Below are positions 13,901 through 25,516 of a stretch of 64,000 nt of DNA, piece after piece. Within the stretch, counting starts at the first letter, position 1. The number at the start of each line of letters is the position of its first letter. The notes under the pieces are model-generated. The model was not told the origin of the DNA. It was given only the letters and a program-made list of their open reading frames with translations, and did not search any database. A program made the position numbers and the translations under genes. The stretch comes from Octopus vulgaris (taxonomy: Eukaryota): contig OX597819.1 of NCBI GenBank assembly GCA_951406725.2, forward strand, positions 35,154,001 to 35,218,000, written 5' to 3'.

Positions 13901-16900
13901 AATAAATCTTGGCAAAGTACTTAGCTAGGAATAAGTTACTCTACTGAGCATTCGTTGACTTGGAGAAGATTTTTGACAGAGGCTCATACTTTACAGTTTG
14001 ATAACTGCTAAGGAAGCTAGATATAGGTAAATGGCTTGAGAGCCATGCAAGCCATGTACAGAGGAGCTGTCAGCAAGGTGAATCCAGAAAGGCATCTAGT
14101 ATTCACTAGTATTCAGAGTGATGTACACCAATAGCTCGGTTATATTAGTTTATTATAAAACTCCATACTATCATATTAAACACTGGAGTTTAACCCTTTA
14201 GCATTCAGATTATACTGTCAAATGTAATGCTTATTTATTTACATTGTTTTCAAGTAATTAGGTATTATCTCATAGCTTCAAGATTTTGATGATGTGATTG
14301 TATATTTTCAGAATGACATCATAGAGTAGATATGAAAGGTCAGATCTGACCAATTTGAACATAAAACAGGTTGTATGTTTGGCCCAGTTATGGTTGGTTT
14401 AAATGCTAAAAGGTTAAGACTGGTTGCCCATGAGAATTCCTGTATGCTAATGACCTCATTCTCACAGATGAATCTGTCAAAAACTTAGAAAAAAAAGTTC
14501 TTATCATAGAAGCAAAACCTGAAATCAAGTGGCTTAAAGTAAATCTAGCAAAAACTAAGTTTTAGTTATCAAGAAAGAAGACAGGGATCAACTGTCATCA
14601 AGCCAACGGCCAGGTGCAATATGCCCCAAAAACAGTAGGTAGGATTTCCATACTGTATACCCATCATAAAATATGGATGCCCAAGGTGTACTGGGTAGAG
14701 AGGTAGACTGACAGAGAAAGTCTTCTTTGAATAAAGATGATGTACAGTAATAGTTAATATAAGAGTATACAAAGAAAATTCCTTCAAATGTTCAGAAAAC
14801 TCCAAAGCTGTAATCAATAGACCCTCAGCAGTGAGAGACATTCCAAAAAAATAGTTGCCAAAGTAAGAATGGGACAGAAAAGTTTGGGAACAATTATCTC
14901 TGTTGACTTCAAAATGACAAATTATGTTGGTTGTGTATAAAATGCAATGCTAGAAATGAGGCAAGTACGTGCCACTGCGTATGGAATATTAGTGTGTATG
15001 AACACCAGAGCACAAATTAGCTGGGGGATGAAACTGAACATAAGAGGAAGAAAAATCGTATGTAGAGTATGACTGGTATGGCCCAGAACCTGCAGAAGAA
15101 CGAGTCATGGGGGAAAATGAAGACTGATTACGAGTGGTTGAACCATATGTTAGATCGTAACAAGTGGTGAATTATTTTGCTGGAGACCATCTGCTGAACC
15201 CATGCAAAAATGAAACAAGAAAACAAAGTGCAGAGGACGGAGATATATAATATCTACACGGAGGTCTCCCTTAATATATATAAAGAGTTTCTGCTTCCAA
15301 ACAACTGCGTTACATTCTTTCCCATACTATTCCTTCCTATTCTATTACACTGACATCCCACTTTCTCTGTAGTTTATCATCACCCATCTTTTATTAATAT
15401 CCATTTATTACTCTTTCCTACCCTCATCAAATCTCTTTCTCTTTTCCTCCATCAAGCCACTTGAGCAACTAAATGCATGGTCAAACGTGCATTTATTGGA
15501 GATGCTAAACATTTAGACTGAAATCTTTGCTCATGATGTTCTAATTCAACCTCTTTACCAATAAATTATCATCTCTCTCTCTCTAGTTACAATCTCCCTT
15601 TTTGTTCTTATCATTCTGGTTTTCACTATTACCCTCTTGCTGTGGTTTTCTTCCCACCTATAGAGCTACAGGAGACAATGCAAGGAACAAGGACCCTTGT
15701 CTAGCAAAGAGATACAATATTAGATAGAGAGGATTCTTTAGTTTAGACAGCTCTTCTAGTGGTGATCTCTTAATAAATGCACCTAGTACATTCTGTAAAG
15801 TTGGTGGCAATAGAAACCACATCAAAAGTGTAATGTTTGAATGGGATGTGGTCCCTGATCCATCTAGGAAGGTGCTAACTTAAAAAAAGATCTAACATGG
15901 AGTCTAATGACTTGTCCAGTATGGAATAGAGAATGTAAAATGATGCTGACAGAAACTTTACCTTCTCTTGCAGCAGTTACTTCCTTTGTGAGACGAGCTA
16001 TTACACGACAGGCAGCATCATGCTGATACAAAGCATGAGATAATTCTGTATGAAAAGGAAAAACATTATTCAAGTATTTCATATGCAACATAAATTTCAT
16101 TTAAGATGTAATGAAAAAAACTCTACAAGTTGTATCTCAACATCAGCCATCGTCCACCGATACAATCCCTATCAAGTGATGCAAAAAATGCACAATTTGT
16201 TATAAAATGAATTCAATTAAATATATCCATCAGCAATGCTACCATTACAGTATACAGATCTTTTTGGTTTGAACGGCAGTTTTTAACATAATTTCTAGGT
16301 AACTAAAAAATTTTAAACTTCGTATACTGGTAGAATGTGTTTATAAAACATCTTTTTTTCTTGGCTTTATTGAGTAAATTCAATCGTTTGTAAGATATTT
16401 GTTGTTTTCTTTTTCTTCAATTTCTGCAATTTCAACCAATCAATGACGTCCATTGAGGTAAAAAACATTCTGTGCCATAATGAATATGTCCCTCATTTAA
16501 GAAACAGATTGGGTTTATTTACATTTCTGAAGAAGAAAAAAATACCCTTCCCACTAACCCTAACCCTAAAACAGATTGAAATGCAATAGATCGATACTAG
16601 TGTCATAATTATGGGTGACAATTTCAGATGACACCGATAGAAAAAACTGCCGTTTAAACCAAATAGATCCCAGTATACTGATGTAAAATTCAGAAAATTG
16701 TTTAAATAAATTTTTAAGTTATTGGAAGAGATATCAACTCCTAATAATTTCTGTACCATTTCATGAGTACTTAATCAACTTATTTGTCATAAAATAAGCA
16801 ATTGTTGAAAGAAGAACTGTTGTCTATAGATATTACCTTGTCTAGCTGTCTGTAATTGTTGTCGTAGAGTGAAACTGTGTAACATGACAGCATCCTAGCA

Positions 16901-19900
16901 GAAAAAAATACAACATAAAAATAAAAGTGATAACATTAACAGCCACTGAATAAAATAAAATATATTACACAATGAATCATCGGGCAGTGCAAATACTAAT
17001 TAAACTATACTAAATCAGAGGACTAACTGAGAAATGCATAAGAATATCAGCCAAAATATTCATCTTGGGTATATAACAATCTAAATTAGTAAAGGTACTA
17101 CTTAATACATGTGCAGGTATAGCTGTATAGCTAAGATTTTACTTTGCAATTATGTGGTTTCAAGTTCAATCTCATTGCATAGCACCTTGGGCAAGTGTAG
17201 GCAGAAACCTGGTGTGTGTGCGTGTGTAGGTAGGTAGGTAGATAAGTATATACATGTGTGTTTTTGTGTCACATTGACACTGCTTTAGCTAGTGGTGTCA
17301 ATGTTTATATTCCTAATAAACAAAAGTCCGGTAGCTCTGGGAGCTTAAAAAACAAGTAATTTAGTATCAAGAAGGGTATCTGCTTGTCATTATTATACTG
17401 TATTGAGATACTGAACGCATAAACAAAAAACAAAATCATCAGATATTTACCCATTCATCTTGCAAAGATTTTAGGATAGCTGGAATACTTGTAGCTGAAG
17501 GTGGTCGAGGTTTAATTAGAGGTGAAGCTAAAATATAAAGAACATTTTTACACTGTTTACTAAAGCTGTAAGATATAATTAGTAATATAAATCAGAAGAT
17601 ACCCTTATATGAACTATTTTGAAAATACAAATACTTAAAGATTAATAATTAATTTGAAGATAAGACTGAAGTTAAAAATAACATTTTAAAATACACTTAA
17701 ATTTTTACTGCTTTTGTCAATATTCAAAATGAATTGGAACAAACAAATAATAATTGATTGAAATATATAAAAAAAAGCAAAACAGGAATCTGAACCTTTA
17801 ATATCAACAAGAACATCAGTTGTCAGCTTTTCCCCATTCATTGGATCAGTTCCATTTTCTTGAATGTACTTTTCCAAAAGTCTACGCTCAAAGATATGAC
17901 CTGATACTGGTGAAATGCAAGGATGCTCAGGAGTTTCATTGCTAACTGAAAAATAGTAAAACATTTCATAAATTTCTGTTCAAATGTTATTATATGTGGA
18001 GCTAAAAATTTCTAGTTAAAAAAATTCATACTTCAGACTTATACTCTCTTTTACTTGTTTCAGTCATTTGACTGTGGCCATGCTGGAGCACTGCCTTTAG
18101 TCAACAAAATCGACCCCCCTCAATACTTACTCTTTGTAAGCCTAGTACTTATTCTATCAGCCTCTTTTGCCGAACCGCTAAGTTACGGGGACGTAAACAC
18201 ACCACCACCGGTTGCCAAGCGATGTGGGGGGGGGGACAAATACAGACACACAAACATATCCACACACATATACAATGGGCTTCTTTCAGTTTCTGTCTAC
18301 CAAATCCACTCACAAGGCTTTGGTCGGCCCGAGGCTATAGTAGAAGACATTTGCCCAAGGTACCACGCAGTGGGACTGAACCCGGAACCATGTGGTTGGT
18401 AAGCAAGCTACTTACCACACAGCCACTCCTACACCTATATAAATAAAACTTGTGAAGGCATGTGGCTTAGTGGTTAGGGTGTCCAGCTCATGATTGTAAG
18501 CTTGTGAGTTAGATTCCCGTCCATGCACTGTGCCCTTCAGCAAGACACTTTATTTCACATTACGTCAGTCAACTGAATTGTATCTATAGAGAAAAGAACA
18601 AGCTTTCATCACACTCTGTGTCACGTTGAATCTACCTGAGAACTACGTTAAGGGTATGCATGACTGTGGAGTGCTCAGCCACTTGCATGTTAATTTCATG
18701 AGCAGGCTGTTCCGTTGATCAGACCTACTGGAACCCTTGTCGTAACTGATAGAGTACCAGTTTTTTAAAAATAAAACTTGATTTTAAAAAGGAATAACCA
18801 TAATACAAGCCAACTGGAGTATTTTAGGATTTTTACCCACAACTTCCATAAAATATACATGTTATTATTAAACAAGAGCATAATAATTGTAGTATACAAT
18901 ATGTAGACGTTATCTTTATTCATTTAAAAATGGGGCTGTTATTCTTACAGTTAATGGGTAATGCAAATATAGTAAGAAAAATTCAACAAAAATGTGTTGC
19001 TTCGAGAAAAAAAATCAGTCATTGAGATTCATGACAACAAAGTGCAAAAACTTTTAGATTATAAACCTTGTGGGTTTTTTTTTCAATTTAATTATTAGAA
19101 TATCATGGAAAGAAAATAATCAAACACAATCATTGTTTTAAATCATTCTTTGGAATGAAAGACAGTTTGCTGTATAAATCAATATAGAATTGTATAATAA
19201 CAGTGTGTCTGCAATCCATGTCATTAAAACATGGACAAATCATGAATATTTTCAGTCAAAAAGCAAGAAAGCAAAAGGATAAAACAATGAACGTTCTGAA
19301 TACTTGACTGCACAAACTTTTCTGAAGAATGGAACAGCTAAGCCAGAATAAAAATTGAGTCAAACTGAATTAGTCAAATATAACGAAGGGAGTGTGGATG
19401 GTATTTTGCTGAGAAGCAAATAATTCTATTCAACCAAAGATGACTGAATGGTTCAGAAGTTCCTTTTGCAATCACATAGTTTCAAGTTCAATCACAATGT
19501 TTGGCATCTTAGACAAATGTTTTCTACTACAGCCTCATGCCAACTAATATCTTCAGAGTGAAATTTGGGATAATAATATGAATACCCATTAACTCTTTAG
19601 CATTCAGCTTACTCTGTCAAATGCAATGCTTATTTATTCACATTATTTTGAATTAATCATGAATTATCTTATAGCTTCAAGATTTCAACGATGTGATTGT
19701 ATATTTTTAGAATGACATTGTAGGCTAGATATGAGAGATTAGATCTGGCAAGTTTGAACATAAAACTGGTAGAATATTTAGGCTATGTATGACTAGTTTA
19801 AATAGTCTTTTATGGAACATATGATTAATTGGAGTAATTTCCCTAAAATGTCATCCATTGTTTTTCTGACAATTTCTTGAAGAGTAAGCATTACTGTTCT

Positions 19901-22689
19901 CTACTAGAGTCCCATTTAAATAGTTTGACAGTTTTCAGTACACAGAGAAAAGTGGACATGATATATATCTCAAAATAATTATTCATATATTTATTTTTAA
20001 CATGTCTAGGCAGGTTCAGTTGCAAAATATGCTGATTACTGTAGTGTATGTCACAGGAGAACAATTTCTTTCTTTTATGATAGTGTGTTCAACATGCTTG
20101 GTTCATTGGTATATGAACATGTTGTGTCTTGTCAGCCAGAAGTAACCAGAATTTTGAGCCTAGGCAAAGCAGCTGGCTTCATTTATACTTTCAACAAGCA
20201 AATTGTGTGCTGATCAATCCTTATATAAAAATCCATTATTTGCACAATGAAATCTGGAACAAATGACATCTGCATACAATGAGATTTGGGCCAAATTTTT
20301 ACATAGTTATTCTTAATAGGGACCAGTTGATTTGGCCTTTTGGAACTGTGTTGGGAGATAAGCACCCACTACACTCTCGGAGTGGTTGGCGTTAGGAAGG
20401 GCATCCAGCTGTAGAAACTCTGTCAGATCAAGACTGGAGCTTGGTGCAGCCATCTGGTTCGCCAGCCCACAGTCAAACCGTCCAACCCATGCTAGCATGG
20501 AAAGCAGACGTTAAACGACGATGATGATGATAATAGATACTTGAGGCCGTTATTTATAACTGTTTCTATAAACTTTGAAACAAACGTAATAGGTTGACAC
20601 TTGACAACCTGAGAAATTGTCTTAAGAAATACAGTAATGTAGAAGAAAAGGACTTTGCAAAATTGGTAGAGTTCCTGGCTGCAGTTTGGTGGGTGTGAGA
20701 GTGTGTGAGTCATGAGATGCATGGTAGTAACCTTTGCGTTTTGTTTATGGGCTCATACAAAGCTATGCAGTGTGTAGTGGTGGATGACTTTTCCCCCACC
20801 AAGCATTATATACCATGCTCTTTGCCTGAACTGTTGCAGGTTTGGGATTATGAGCTTTGATTGTAAGATGTAGCGTGGTATGCCCAAGAGAATGGTTTCA
20901 CTCAATTGTCTTTGATGGATTAGAACGAAGCAGATGCATTATTATAGATGCGTAGCATGGAACTGACAGAGCTGAGTGGTAAGGTGACTTGCAGTGCTCT
21001 AGTGGTAAATCACGTTTCAAATTTTAGTGTTATAGTGATCAAACACTCCCTAGTACAGTTTACTGGTGAACATCTGATAAAACTTCAAAATATAGTATTT
21101 AGCAGGGTGGCTGAAGTCATCGTTTCTCATGGAGGTGGAGCAATGAGAATTGAAATGGGATCAGAGGAATTGCCATACTTGATAGAAATGGTGGGAAAAG
21201 AAGAATGATATGGTTGCAAGCTCTATTTTGTTATCTGATTAATAAAAGAAGGGTTCACAACTATTTGGTGTGAGAACTGATATTTGTCAGTTTGGGAACT
21301 GATGTAAACCATTTAGAACAGAAGGGTAAAAGAGATTTGTTTACAAACAACATCCATTAAGGTGCCAAGAACACCATCCGAGCGTGATCGTTGTGATCAT
21401 TGCCAGAGCAGCCAACTGGCTTCCGTACCCGTGGCACGTAAAAGGGCACCATTCGAGCGTGATCGTTACCAACGTCGCTTCACTGGCACCTGTGTTGGTG
21501 GCACGTTTAAAAAGATTCGAGCGAGGTCATTACCAGTACCGCCTGACTGGCCCCCGTGCAGGTGGCACGTAAAAAACACCCACTACAATCTCGGAGTGGT
21601 TGGCGTTAGGAAGGGCATCCAGCTGTAGAAACTCTGCCAGATCAAGATTGGAGCCTGGTGCAGCCATCTGGTTGCCAACCCTCAGTCAAAACCGTCCAAC
21701 CCATGCTAGCATGGAAAACGGACGTTAAACGATGATGATGATGATGATGATCCATCTACTTTGTCATTTTGCAGTTGGACATTTAAACTTAATCGTCGCT
21801 ATCCACCATCCTTGTTACCTGGTCAGCAACAAGAATATTTTACATCTCTGGTGTTACTGGTTCCAACAGTATTTGTTAGCGGGAAGGAGAATTTGACAAA
21901 AAAACGGACTTTTCAAGTGAAGACATTACAGAATTGAGATCCAATCTTTTTAAATTGAGAACGAAACTGGTTACATACCAAACTTTCGTAAGAAAAAAAA
22001 AAAAAAATTATAATCGTAAATCTCAAAAGTTGCAGATAATATTTTCTATCCAATAATTGCAAATCAAAAAGATAAATAGCTTCTTTGATGTTTTAAAAAC
22101 ACTAGAAACAAAGATGTAACGAAGCCAATGACAAGTTATCCATACAGTTCCAGCTAAGCTATTAATTTATGAGCTAAGCTGCCCCACCAAGTTATAAATA
22201 CATAAGAATTGGATCCATCCTTCTCGAGCGAACTGAAATGAAAAGAACGATTCGATCTTTCAAATATATCTAAACTCCTTTCCGGTTATGTTATTTTTAT
22301 TATTTATTTATTTTTTTCTTTTCACTCAAACAAACACACATACTCATAGTAAGTGTCCCGCCAAATCTATTGATAGAATTTTATTCTTCACAAGGCAAAG
22401 GAACCGGAGAAAGAGTTTGAAACAAACATTTTCCAACGTAGTCGAATGCTAAATTCAGAAGCCACATGTCGCAGAACACATTTGTGTTTTCGTTATATTG
22501 GCAACCGGCTCAATACTCGATTCATATAGGCAGTCGAAACTACGAAATATTAAAAGCGATGCTGAAGTGCATAAGTTCTGCGAACTCTAAATGGACAATG
22601 TGAAGGTTTGTAAATAATAGATTTACAGCAGCAAGGACAAATTAATTATTTAATAGAGAAATTAACTTACGTGCACAGCAAAGCGCCAT
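109..22689 (-). CDS. PRPF19: Pre-mRNA-processing factor 19 (U-box, coiled coil, WD40), complete 16-exon CDS, 511 aa
   Basis: Exons 22671-22689, 17796-17945, 17451-17527, 16837-16894, 15962-16045, 13167-13240, 12830-12910, 12110-12151, 10541-10615, 9540-9615, 7127-7236, 6693-6848, 4163-4232, 3501-3656, 2102-2264, 109-253. All introns GT-AG; total 1536 nt in frame. Protein [34 protein letters not shown]...[53 protein letters not shown]...WD40...[12 protein letters not shown] matches Prp19 signatures. Confidence 0.97.
1321..1812 (+). repeat. RTE-LINE-type 3' end containing four ~100-bp tandem units and a (GAT)n-like tail
   Basis: Unit ...cccagtccac...gtggttggcattaggaagg.catccagctgtaaaaaccatgc repeats at about 1321, 1421, 1521 and 1620. 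The same motif recurs throughout the window. Confidence 0.75.
2102..2264 (-). CDS. PRPF19: PRPF19 exon 15 (WD40)
   Basis: [54 protein letters not shown]; tctag/gtatgt. Confidence 0.95.
2604..3000 (-). mobile_element. LINE 3' fragment with (ATT)n tail (copy A)
   Basis: Reverse complement of 6372-6635. The minus strand reads ...[15 protein letters not shown]..., a degenerate LINE ORF2 end, followed by a microsatellite tail. Confidence 0.7.
3501..3656 (-). CDS. PRPF19: PRPF19 exon 14 (WD40)
   Basis: [51 protein letters not shown]; tttag/gtaaga. Confidence 0.95.
4163..4232 (-). CDS. PRPF19: PRPF19 exon 13
   Basis: [23 protein letters not shown]; tctag/gtaagt. Confidence 0.94.
4289..4523. mobile_element. 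Tc1/mariner-type MITE
   Basis: Terminal inverted repeats caggatgttcaaaaagtctctccgcagt / actgcggagaaactttttgaacaccctg followed by TA. Confidence 0.75.
5200..5520 (+). mobile_element. CR1/L2-like LINE 3' end with AATAAA and poly(A)
   Basis: Translation [24 protein letters not shown]...FKVSLD resembles the CR1 ORF2 C-terminus (FS.RVV..WN.LP..VV...FK..LD); poly(A) at 5506-5521. Confidence 0.75.
5866..6130 (-). mobile_element. tRNA-derived SINE, family 2
   Basis: Homologous to 18453-18768 and 60230-60440 (tgtccttgagcaagacactttatttcac core). Confidence 0.7.
6372..6635 (+). mobile_element. LINE 3' fragment with (ATT)n tail (copy B)
   Basis: Near-identical inverted copy of 2604-2868. Confidence 0.7.
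6693..6848 (-). CDS. PRPF19: PRPF19 exon 12 (WD40)
   Basis: [52 protein letters not shown]; actag/gtaatt. Confidence 0.95.
7127..7236 (-). CDS. PRPF19: PRPF19 exon 11 (WD40)
   Basis: [37 protein letters not shown]; ttcag/gtaagt. Confidence 0.95.
8035..9425 (-). mobile_element. 5'-truncated degenerate RTE-clade LINE
   Basis: RT motif [31 protein letters not shown], with downstream VVDSFCYL-like remnants. 3' end terminates in atggacatt aaatgatg, shared with the other copies. Confidence 0.8.
9540..9615 (-). CDS. PRPF19: PRPF19 exon 10
   Basis: [25 protein letters not shown]; ttcag/gtaaca. Confidence 0.93.
10057..10207 (+). mobile_element. RTE-type LINE 3' terminus with (GAT)n tail
   Basis: ggagtggttggcattagaaagggcatccagctgtagaaac...ccgtccaacccatgctagcatg...gatgatgat; the family recurs at least 10 times in the window. 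Confidence 0.8.
10541..10615 (-). CDS. PRPF19: PRPF19 exon 9
   Basis: [25 protein letters not shown]; tttag/gtaagt. Confidence 0.92.
10796..10831 (-). ncRNA. Candidate variant minimal hammerhead motif in a Penelope-like repeat fragment
   Basis: CTTT-CTGTAGAA-GAGC gtag GCTC-GAAA-CG-TA-AAAG; core deviates from CUGANGA. Confidence 0.45.
12110..12151 (-). CDS. PRPF19: PRPF19 exon 8
   Basis: [14 protein letters not shown]; ttcag/gtatta. Confidence 0.92.
12830..12910 (-). CDS. PRPF19: PRPF19 exon 7
   Basis: [27 protein letters not shown]; gccag/gtagaa. Confidence 0.9.
13167..13240 (-). CDS. PRPF19: PRPF19 exon 6
   Basis: [25 protein letters not shown]; ttcag/gtaagt. Confidence 0.92.
13690..15230 (+). 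mobile_element. Degenerate RTE-clade LINE ORF2 remnant, interrupted by a MITE
   Basis: Remnants [10 protein letters not shown] (gcattcgttgacttggagaagatttttgac) and FLYANDLIL (YADD-like), with many stops and frameshifts. Confidence 0.7.
14194..14413. mobile_element. piggyBac-type MITE (~220 bp)
   Basis: TTAA|CCCTTTAGCATT ... AATGCTAAAAGG|TTAA; relatives near 6197, 19590, 34770, 55172 and 63180. Confidence 0.7.
15962..16045 (-). CDS. PRPF19: PRPF19 exon 5 (coiled coil)
   Basis: [28 protein letters not shown]; tacag/gtaaag. Confidence 0.95.
16256..16670. mobile_element. ~410-bp MITE with GATC-starting TIRs and 8-bp TSD (Merlin-like), copy 1
   Basis: TIR gatctttttggtttgaacggcagtttt; TSD cagtatac at 16248-16255 and 16671-16678. 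Confidence 0.85.
16837..16894 (-). CDS. PRPF19: PRPF19 exon 4
   Basis: [19 protein letters not shown]; ctag/gtaata. Confidence 0.95.
17451..17527 (-). CDS. PRPF19: PRPF19 exon 3
   Basis: [25 protein letters not shown]; tttag/gtaaat. Confidence 0.95.
17796..17945 (-). CDS. PRPF19: PRPF19 exon 2 (U-box)
   Basis: [49 protein letters not shown]; ttcag/gttcag boundaries. Confidence 0.95.
18042..18436 (-). mobile_element. tRNA-derived SINE, family 1 (~390 bp)
   Basis: Minus-strand head GGAGTGGCTGTGTGGTAAGTAGCTTGCTTACCAACCACATGGTTCCGGGTTCAGTCCC with Pol III A/B-box-like motifs; other copies at 25745, 31297 and 56203. Confidence 0.85.
18453..18768 (+). mobile_element. tRNA-derived SINE, family 2, with 12-bp TSD
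   Basis: Head ggcatgtggcttagtggttagggt...; TSD aaataaaacttg at 18441-18452 and 18769-18780. Confidence 0.8.
20360..20532 (+). mobile_element. RTE-type LINE 3' terminus
   Basis: Same family as 10057; (GAT)n tail. Confidence 0.8.
21361..21751 (+). mobile_element. RTE-type LINE 3'UTR with internal subrepeats and (GAT)n tail
   Basis: Closely matches 57530-58065; flanked by catcca...-like sequence. Confidence 0.8.
22671..22689 (-). CDS. PRPF19: PRPF19 coding exon 1 (MALCCA)
   Basis: ATG GCG CTT TGC TGT GCA C|gtaagt; phase joins exon 2 to give LSNETPEHP. Confidence 0.88.
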
Positions 22690-22699
22690 TGTTAGTGTA

Positions 22700-22755
22700 T
22701 TGGTAGTCACGTGGCTTCTAAACGGAAATATACAAAAACGCTACTTCCGGATTGC
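22700..22755 (-). promoter_or_regulatory. Probable PRPF19 5'UTR/core promoter motifs (E-box CACGTG, two ETS-type CGGAA cores)
   Basis: gtcacgtgg, aacggaaa and acttccgg lie immediately upstream of the start codon, followed by a long (TA)n tract. Confidence 0.4.
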
Positions 22756-22805
22756 TAAACCGAAGACATACCTGAACACACTTCTATACACATGCTTGCT
22801 TAGTA

Positions 22806-22813
22806 TTATAGAT

Positions 22814-22862
<49 letters not shown>

Positions 22863-22935
22863 TGTGTAATTGTGTGTGCGTATGTTTTATTTTATTGAAG
22901 ATGAATATATTTATATGTTAATATTTTAGTGGTAT

Positions 22936-22969
<34 letters not shown>

Positions 22970-22978
22970 ATATATATA
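22806..22978. repeat. (TA)n/(TACA)n microsatellites upstream of PRPF19
   Basis: Directly visible tracts. Confidence 0.9.
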
Positions 22979-23164
22979 GTATTTTCAAATAAATTAATTT
23001 TGAATTATACAACTTTGGTATGAATGTAAAAATAAAAATAAGTTATAGCTAACTTAATACCGTTAAAAAAAAACTAAAATTATAGTTATGTCCCTTAAAT
23101 AAGGGGAATAACCTTAGGGGAAAATATTTCGCAGTTTTATATTTCCAACTGTAACGTTTTGAGT

Positions 23165-23400
23165 TCCCAGAGACAATCTCATGGATGGTGTTGGATGCAT
23201 CACCAGAGATGTTTCTGGGGTATCAGATCTTTCAACATCATATCAGTTGATCCAACCAGGATTGATCAAGTCCCAACTTGCATCTCGGTAGCAGCAAACC
23301 ACATGTCTGACCTCTCTGTCCAAAGCCCGCCCCACTCTCTCCCTGTAGCTTCAGTAATGTAATTTATAGCCCTTCTCTTTGTTACACTAGTAATTCCATT
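23165..23400 (-). mobile_element. Possible 3' remnant of an RLE-type (HERO-like) non-LTR element
   Basis: Minus strand reads GITSVTKRRAINYITEATGR..LWTERSDMW, followed by a gatgttgaaagat 3'UTR motif. Recognised by pattern only. Confidence 0.4.
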
Positions 23401-23906
23401 CCCAGTCGAAGAATATGGCTGAATATGCAAAGATATCGACATTATAAATTAGCGCACAATGAAGAGATACGCGCGGTATTCCGTACATAAACCTTCAACC
23501 GAATGCCCAAAATTCATGTCATTGCCTCATTTAAATTATTTCTGTTGCTTCGTTTTATTTTTAATTATGCAAATATTGGTTTAAATTGTTTATAACTATT
23601 TTCCTATATGTATGTTTGTCCTTCATGTCTCTGAAGACGACCAGGTTATCAGCTTTACGTTTTGTGGGTCCTGGGACGTTTTGTGGGTTCTATTAACCCA
23701 ATTTAAGCCTGAAATCTATCTTCGGTTGCAGTGGTGGCATGTAACACAGAATCCAGACTCGATGGGACTCTTGCTTTCTGTACAGCCCTCTTTTCTGGTC
23801 ATATATGACTTTGAGTACTGTGCACTAGAGTACACAGCAACTACCCCACCTGTAAGTGGATCTTGAGCTAGATGATCCCATACGACTACTCTTAATTACA
23901 CCTTTT

Positions 23907-24315
23907 GGATCTTTTCGATTTGAACGGCAGTTTTTAACATAATTTCTAGGTAACTAAAAAAATTTAAACTTCGTATACTGGTAGAATGTGTTTATAAAAC
24001 ATCCTTTTCTCTTGGCTTTATTGAGAAGATTCTATAGTTTGTAATATATTTGTTGTTTTTTTCTTCTTCAATTTCTGCAATTTCAACCAATCAATGACGT
24101 CCATTGAGGTAAAAAAAAAGTCTGTGCCGTATGAATATGTCCCTCGTTTAAGAAACAGATTGGGTTTATTTACATTTGTGAAGAAACAAAACATACCCTT
24201 CCCTCCATCCCTAACCCAGATTGAAATGCAATAGATCGATATTAGGGTCATAATTATGGGTGACAATTTCATATTACACCGCTAGAAAAAACTGCCGTTC
24301 AAACCGAAGAGATCC
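23907..24315. mobile_element. ~410-bp MITE, copy 2
   Basis: Same TIRs; TSD cacctttt / cacttttt. Confidence 0.85.
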
Positions 24316-25116
24316 CACTTTTTCACTGTTGTCTTGAATGTATTTTTGTATCTTTTTTTTATCCACCATATGACTGAGAGCCAATTGCTTGTTCACCAAA
24401 GATCTGTTTTAAGAGTCTGGAGTCAGGCATGTCTGCTACATGACTACTTCACTGTAGCTGGAATTTTCTGTATATAACAAATTAACCAAGTCCTATGCAA
24501 GTATGGTTTGACTATACTGCATTAAATCTAATGGGTTGTTCAAAATGGATGGTAGTGATAATGTATTAAACTTTTTACCTTTTACTTGTTTCAGTCATTG
24601 GACTGTGACCTTGCTGGGGCCCAACTTTGAAAGGTTTTTAGCCAAACAAATTAACTATTATTTGTTTTTTGTAAGTCTGGTAATTATTCTATCTATCTCT
24701 TTTGGCAGTAGCTTTCTTCAACTGAATACCTGTCGTTGATTGGTTGAAATTACCCAAATACAACAACTTTAATACAAAATAATTTCTAAAATAGGAAATT
24801 TTGTCAAAAACGTTCAGAATAAACCATGTTCTACGTGAGAAATTCTACCAATATTCAAAGTTTCAAACTGTTTTGTTAAAAAATTTTTTTAAATCTGTGA
24901 TTGAGATGGAATAGATCCTTTTTTTAAGGACTAAAGAAGTTCAAAATATTAGAACAACAAATGAAAGAAGAGCTCATTGTAGTGTATTTCAACAATTTGC
25001 TGTTTTAGTTGTTAGTCAATTTTTACCTGCTGATTTCAAGAATTACAAAGAAATTATTCCATCATGTACAATTTCTTCACAAAATCATTGTATTTTACCA
25101 TTATGCATGAATTGAC

Positions 25117-25516
25117 AGATCTTTTTGGTTTGAACGGCAGTTTTTTCTAGCAGTGTCATATGAAATTGTCACCCATAATTATGACCCTAGTATTGATCTA
25201 TTGCATTTCAATCTGTTTTACGGTTAGGGTGGGGGAAGGGTATCTTTTTATCTTCACAAATGTAAATAAACCCAATCTGTTTCTTAAATGAGGGACATAT
25301 TCATACGGCACAGAATGTTTTTTACCTCAATAGACGTATTTGATTGGTTGAAATTGCAGAAAAAGAACAACAAATATCTTACAAACAATAGAATTTTCTC
25401 AATAAAGCCAAGAGAGAAAGATGTTTTATAAACACATTCTACCAGTATACGAAGTTAAAAATTTTTTAGTTACCTAGAAATTATGTTAAAAACTGCCGTT
25501 CAAACCGAAAAGATCA
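25117..25516. mobile_element. ~400-bp MITE, copy 3 (opposite orientation)
   Basis: Same TIRs; TSD gaattgac on both sides. Confidence 0.85.

Noticed and set aside
16545-16570. Interstitial telomeric sequence
   Set aside because: Only 2-3 TTAGGG units, and they are an internal part of the MITE.
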